NCBI GenBank assembly: GCA_964552415.1
Contig: CAZKGJ010000002.1
Location: 1 to 27,858 of the forward strand
DNA: 27,858 nucleotides
Source: an uncultured Candidatus Saccharibacteria bacterium
GTDB lineage: Bacteria; Patescibacteriota; Minisyncoccia; JAHIHE01
Direction: 5' to 3'
Part shown: one piece after another, positions 23,929-27,858 of the stretch
How positions within the stretch are numbered: position 1 is the first letter of the stretch
Layout: each line of letters opens with the position of its first letter
Position numbers and translations under genes: made by a program
Notes under the pieces: generated by a model
Database searches by the model: none
Told to the model about the DNA's origin: nothing
What the model saw: only the letters and a program-made list of their open reading frames with translations

Positions 23929-24438
23929 ATGCCAAAGAAAAAACTTCTAAAAATTAAACCTTTCCAAGAAACGTTATATCATAGTTATTGCGGACCAGCC
24001 ACTTTGAAAATACTGTTTAATTATTATGGAATAGAAAAAACTGAAAAAGAATTAGCCAAAATGGCAGGGTGGGATAAAGATTTGGGAATAGACGATAAGG
24101 GAATAAAAAAAGCGGCAAAATCGCTTGGCTTCACGATAAAAATAAAAAATAATAGTAATTTTCGGGATATTCAAAACTGGTTAAATAAAGGCATTCCGGT
24201 AATCGTCAATTGGTTTACGCGAGGCAGAAATGATTATCCCGATTCGGAAACAGCCGATGGCCATTATTCCGTGGTAGCTGGTTTAGATGATAAATTTATT
24301 TATCTTCAAGACCCGGAACTCGGAAAAATGAGAAAAATTAAAAGATATGATTTTATGCGGGTATGGTTTGATTTCAAGGGGGATTATTTAAAACCAAAGG
24401 AATTAATAATCAGGCAAATTATCGCGATATATAGATAA
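23929..24438 (+). CDS. Stand-alone C39-like cysteine peptidase
   Basis: Q-x5-YCGPATL catalytic Cys, GHYSVV His and YLQDP Asp; no ABC or TM domain. Confidence 0.85.
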   Translation: MPKKKLLKIKPFQETLYHSYCGPATLKILFNYYGIEKTEKELAKMAGWDKDLGIDDKGIKKAAKSLGFTIKIKNNSNFRDIQNWLNKGIPVIVNWFTRGRNDYPDSETADGHYSVVAGLDDKFIYLQDPELGKMRKIKRYDFMRVWFDFKGDYLKPKELIIRQIIAIYR

Positions 24439-24446
24439 AGTTTATT

Positions 24447-25817
24447 ATGTTTGAAAAGTATCATTTATCGGAAAAAGCAAAAATTATTACTGATTCGGTT
24501 CCCGGCAAAGAATCTTTGAAGCTTTTAAAGATTCAGGAGAAAGTGGAAAGCAATAACCGATCGTATCCAAGAGGAATTCCTATTGCTTTTGATTCAGCTA
24601 AAGGAGCAATTATTAAAGATATAGATGGCAATCAGTATATAGATTTTTTGTCTGGATGCGGCGTTTTTAACCTCGGACACAATAATCCCGACATTATTAA
24701 AGACTTGGAAGAATTTCAAGGGAAAATAATGCAAGCCGTTGATTTTCCGACCAAAGTAAGAGAAGATTTTGTTATTGATTTGCTCGGGATTCTTCCAAAG
24801 CCATTAAATGGTAAATATAAAGTCAATTTCGGGGGTCCAACCGGATCCGATGCGGTAGAGTCGGCTCTTAAGTTAGCCAGAATAAATACCGGAAGGCATA
24901 CAGTTATAGCTTTCCATGGAGGATATCACGGTATGACAATGGGGGCATTAAGCGTAACCAGCAAACTTTCCCATCGAGAAAAAACACCCCCGCTGATTCC
25001 GGGTGTCCATTTTATGCCTTTCTGCAGTTCGTATCGCTGTCCGTTTAAGAAAAGCAAAGAAAATTGCGGAAAAGAATGCCTGCGTTATTTCGAGTATGTT
25101 TTGGAAAATCCAAGTTCCGGCGTAGATAAACCATGCGCGATAATCATTGAACCGATTCAAGGAGAAGGCGGCATCTACATACCGAAAGAAGATTGGCTGG
25201 AGGAGATAACCGATATAGCCAGAAGAAACGATGTCCTTGTTATCTTTGATGAGGTTCAATCTGGATTTTACAGAACAGGAAAACTTTTTTCTTTTGAGCA
25301 TACCCGTGCTGTCCCCGACATTATAATCATGTCCAAAGGAATTGGTGGCATTGGTTATCCTTTGTCTTTGATAATTTATAATAAATCTTTGGATAGATGG
25401 GAGCCGGGAACCCATATCGGAACATTTAGAGGCAACCAACTTGGAATGGCAGCCGGCATTTCGGCAATGAAATTCGTAAAAAAGATGAAACTCGAATTGT
25501 ATGTAAAAAAACTTGGGGAAAAAATGTTTGGCGAGTTAGAACAGATTAAAAACGAGTCCAAATATATCGGTGATGTACGCGGAATTGGTATGATGTTTGG
25601 GATCGAGTATGTAACGGATAGAAAAAGCAAAAAGCCCTTTATGGAAATGGCAAGGAATATAAGAAAAATATGCTACAAAAATGGCCTGCTTGTTGAAGTA
25701 GGCGGCCATTATAATAATGTCATCCGGCTTCTCCCTCCGCTGATTCTGACATCAAAAATAGCAAGTAATGGACTTGCTATATTCAAAAAGGCTAATAAAT
25801 TAGCAAAAAAAGCTTAA
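24447..25817 (+). CDS. Diaminobutyrate--2-oxoglutarate aminotransferase (class III PLP; Dat/EctB-like)
   Basis: NNRSYPRGIP, YIDFLSGCGVFNLGHN, GPTGSDAVE, EPIQGEGG, DEVQSG, MSKGIGG and HIGTFRGNQL. Confidence 0.88.
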   Translation: MFEKYHLSEKAKIITDSVPGKESLKLLKIQEKVESNNRSYPRGIPIAFDSAKGAIIKDIDGNQYIDFLSGCGVFNLGHNNPDIIKDLEEFQGKIMQAVDFPTKVREDFVIDLLGILPKPLNGKYKVNFGGPTGSDAVESALKLARINTGRHTVIAFHGGYHGMTMGALSVTSKLSHREKTPPLIPGVHFMPFCSSYRCPFKKSKENCGKECLRYFEYVLENPSSGVDKPCAIIIEPIQGEGGIYIPKEDWLEEITDIARRNDVLVIFDEVQSGFYRTGKLFSFEHTRAVPDIIIMSKGIGGIGYPLSLIIYNKSLDRWEPGTHIGTFRGNQLGMAAGISAMKFVKKMKLELYVKKLGEKMFGELEQIKNESKYIGDVRGIGMMFGIEYVTDRKSKKPFMEMARNIRKICYKNGLLVEVGGHYNNVIRLLPPLILTSKIASNGLAIFKKANKLAKKA

Positions 25818-25833
25818 TTTCTGGGCGAAAAAA

Positions 25834-26802
25834 TTATTCAAGAATTTGTCCAATTTTATTTCCTTCGGCTTTTTTAAAGTAATGTACAGCCATTGCAATA
25901 TCAAAGATAGCCATGCCCATTGGGTTAAACATTACCGCGTCCGTTGGGTGTATTTTTTTTAAGAAATCAGTGCTAATAATGTCTGTAATAGATAAAACAT
26001 CCTTCTTCTGCAACCCTTTTTCTTTGTGAAATATTTCAATATCCGTATTTTCTCTGCAAACTTCATTCCAATCGTCAACAATAATATTTTTTTTCACATA
26101 TTCGTATATGTCTGTTTTAAAATCTCGCAACGAAATGTTTAGCAGTAAGGATCCTTCTTTGGGCTTTTTGTTAATGTAGCGAGTTTTCGGCGCGGTGCAT
26201 GTGATAAAAACATCTGCGTCATGGTAAGCTTTTTCCCAACTTCTTGTTATGATTATTTTATCTCTTAAAGAACAGTTTATCAAATTCTTATCAATTTTGC
26301 GCAAATCGTATAAATATATTTTTGATATTTTATTGCCGAATATTTTCGTAACCATGTCAAAATGATTTTGACCAATAGGTCCCCATCCGGTAATGCCCAA
26401 ATTGAAATTTTTTAAGGGCCTTATTTTATCGAAATGTTTTAACATAAGGCCGCTTACCGAGACTGTTCTAATTATACTTAATAACGCCGTGTTTATAACC
26501 GCGATAATTTCTCCGGTAGTAGAGCTGTTTAAGATTACGATACTATGTGCTCTTGGAATATTTCTTTCTATATTCTTCGGAAAACTCGCTATCCATTTAA
26601 TGCCAGCCATATCAAATTCTTTGCCGATGAATGCCGGCATGGCAATAATTCTATTATTCAAATCCCTAAATCTTAAATAGGGTTTGACAGGCTGAGAGTA
26701 ATCATTTTCCTTTAAGCATTCCGTTGCTTTTGCGATTATGCTGATATTCTCAATCCAATCTATGCCCAATTGTCTTATGTGTTTTGCATTTAAATACAGC
26801 AT
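25834..26802 (-). CDS. sbnB: 2,3-diaminopropionate biosynthesis protein SbnB (ornithine cyclodeaminase-like)
   Basis: PVKPYLRF, RIIAMPAFIG, AGIKWIASFP.N...PRA, LLLNISLRD and FNPMGMAIFD; directly follows sbnA. Confidence 0.9.
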   Translation of the reverse strand: MLYLNAKHIRQLGIDWIENISIIAKATECLKENDYSQPVKPYLRFRDLNNRIIAMPAFIGKEFDMAGIKWIASFPKNIERNIPRAHSIVILNSSTTGEIIAVINTALLSIIRTVSVSGLMLKHFDKIRPLKNFNLGITGWGPIGQNHFDMVTKIFGNKISKIYLYDLRKIDKNLINCSLRDKIIITRSWEKAYHDADVFITCTAPKTRYINKKPKEGSLLLNISLRDFKTDIYEYVKKNIIVDDWNEVCRENTDIEIFHKEKGLQKKDVLSITDIISTDFLKKIHPTDAVMFNPMGMAIFDIAMAVHYFKKAEGNKIGQILE

Positions 26803-27765
26803 TTATTTGTGATTGGCTTTATTGATAAAATTGTCGTACCATTCTTGGTTATAAATCGTATTCATATACCGGTTCCCGCTATCCGGAAATACCATTATAA
26901 CATTTGGTTTTTTATTATGATGTTTTTCGGAAAAGTATTTTTTGACTGCGGCAAAAACCGTCCCAGAAGATCCTCCCGCAAAAATGGAATGCTGCTCCAA
27001 CAATTCATGGCACATTTTTACGCTGGAAATCTCATCCATCACTACAACATCATCAATTTCAGCTTTTTTTATGATTTTTGGAACAATGCTTGAACCCATG
27101 CCATAGATATGCCTTTTCTTAGGCGATCCCCCGAATATTACGGAGCCCTCAATATCTACGGCAATTATTTTTGCATCTGGAAAGCGCTCTTTTATTTTCT
27201 GCGATACGCCAGTTATTGTTCCTCCCGAGCTTACCGCCATAAAAACATAGTCGATTTTATTCAAGTCATTGCAAAGTTCATCTCCCAGAGTGCTGTAATA
27301 TGCTTCTGCGTTATATTCATTTTCATATTGGTTAACCCAATAGGAGTTTGGCATAGTCTTTTTAAGTTCTTTAACTTTTTTAATTCGATTTATCAGATAG
27401 TTTCCGTTTTTGTCCGCTTCTGCCACTTTTACTATCACAGCTTCCAATTTCCTTATTAAAGTTTCACTAAACGGGGAAGCTTTTAAATCGATAACGCAAT
27501 AGAATTTTAATCCGTATTTTTTTGCATATGCGCTTAAAGATAAGCCGAAGTTACCGGAAGATGATTCTATAAGAGTCGTTTCTTTATCGATTATCTTTTC
27601 TTTTATAAGTTTTTCTATTAAATAAGATGCAGCTCTGTCTTTGATACTCCCGGTAGGATTGTAAGATTCCAGTTTTGCAAACAAATTTATATTTTCCAAA
27701 CCTTTTGATTTTATTTCAACTAAAGGAGTTTTACCGACTTTATCCAAAATGCTACTATAAATCAT
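26803..27765 (-). CDS. sbnA: 2,3-diaminopropionate biosynthesis protein SbnA (cysteine synthase-like PLP enzyme)
   Basis: KLESYNPTGSIKDRAA, IESSSGNFG, WVNQYEN, AVSSGGT and FAGGSSG. The TAA stop abuts the sbnB ATG. Confidence 0.9.
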   Translation of the reverse strand: MIYSSILDKVGKTPLVEIKSKGLENINLFAKLESYNPTGSIKDRAASYLIEKLIKEKIIDKETTLIESSSGNFGLSLSAYAKKYGLKFYCVIDLKASPFSETLIRKLEAVIVKVAEADKNGNYLINRIKKVKELKKTMPNSYWVNQYENEYNAEAYYSTLGDELCNDLNKIDYVFMAVSSGGTITGVSQKIKERFPDAKIIAVDIEGSVIFGGSPKKRHIYGMGSSIVPKIIKKAEIDDVVVMDEISSVKMCHELLEQHSIFAGGSSGTVFAAVKKYFSEKHHNKKPNVIMVFPDSGNRYMNTIYNQEWYDNFINKANHK

Positions 27766-27798
27766 ACCCTTGTTATTAGGTGGTTATTTCAACAGAGT

Positions 27799-27826
27799 AT
27801 CATAACAAAAATTGTTTATTTGTCAA
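27799..27826 (-). promoter_or_regulatory. sigma70 promoter for sbnAB
   Basis: Minus strand TTGACA (27826-27821), 16 nt, TATGAT (27804-27799), with a TG extension. Confidence 0.6.
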
Positions 27827-27858
27827 GGAGGTTTTGGTGATTGCCTCAAATCTCAAAA

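Noticed and set aside
19047-25817. Osmolyte pathway (ectoine or N-acetyl-beta-lysine) from GNAT + KamA + Dat
   Set aside because: The GNAT is in a separate unit upstream of the kamA promoter, there is no ectC, and the two ligases, peptidase and sbnAB would be unexplained. Not fully excluded.
1-27858. UGA recoding (genetic code 25) or intact mobile-element genes
   Set aside because: Several genes end cleanly at TGA (e.g. tsf, kamA-like), conserved genes are full length in code 11, and no transposase or integrase ORF is present.

Overview
A 27.9-kb bacterial chromosome segment in genetic code 11. Gene content and style (short EF-Ts, PrmC with an NLPY motif, galT-tpiA-fba block, mostly SD-less AT-rich leaders, small GC-rich palindromic repeats) suggest a CPR/Patescibacteria (Parcubacteria-like) genome; this taxonomy is inference. 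Positions 1-18465 are mostly housekeeping: yqgF, GT2-galT-tpiA-fba, rplY, prmC-prfA-rpmE, rpsB-tsf, a Thr/Tyr/Thr/rpmG/Trp cluster, uppS, pcm and mltG. Positions ~18490-27858 are accessory. Three things stand out. (1) Two nested tRNAs: intact tRNA-Thr(TGT) and tRNA-Trp(CCA) genes each sit inside the anticodon loop of a split tRNA of the same isotype, each flanked by short inverted repeats. (2) A 7.4-kb cluster bounded by two inward-facing sigma70 promoters. It encodes routes to up to three unusual diamino acids (KamA radical SAM, Dab aminotransferase, SbnA/SbnB), two ATP-grasp ligases and a C39-like peptidase, and is a candidate NRPS-independent peptide pathway. (3) An unannotated ~220-nt rod-shaped RNA with its own promoter, possibly 6S-like. 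No database searches or folding programs were run; all calls come from reading motifs by eye.
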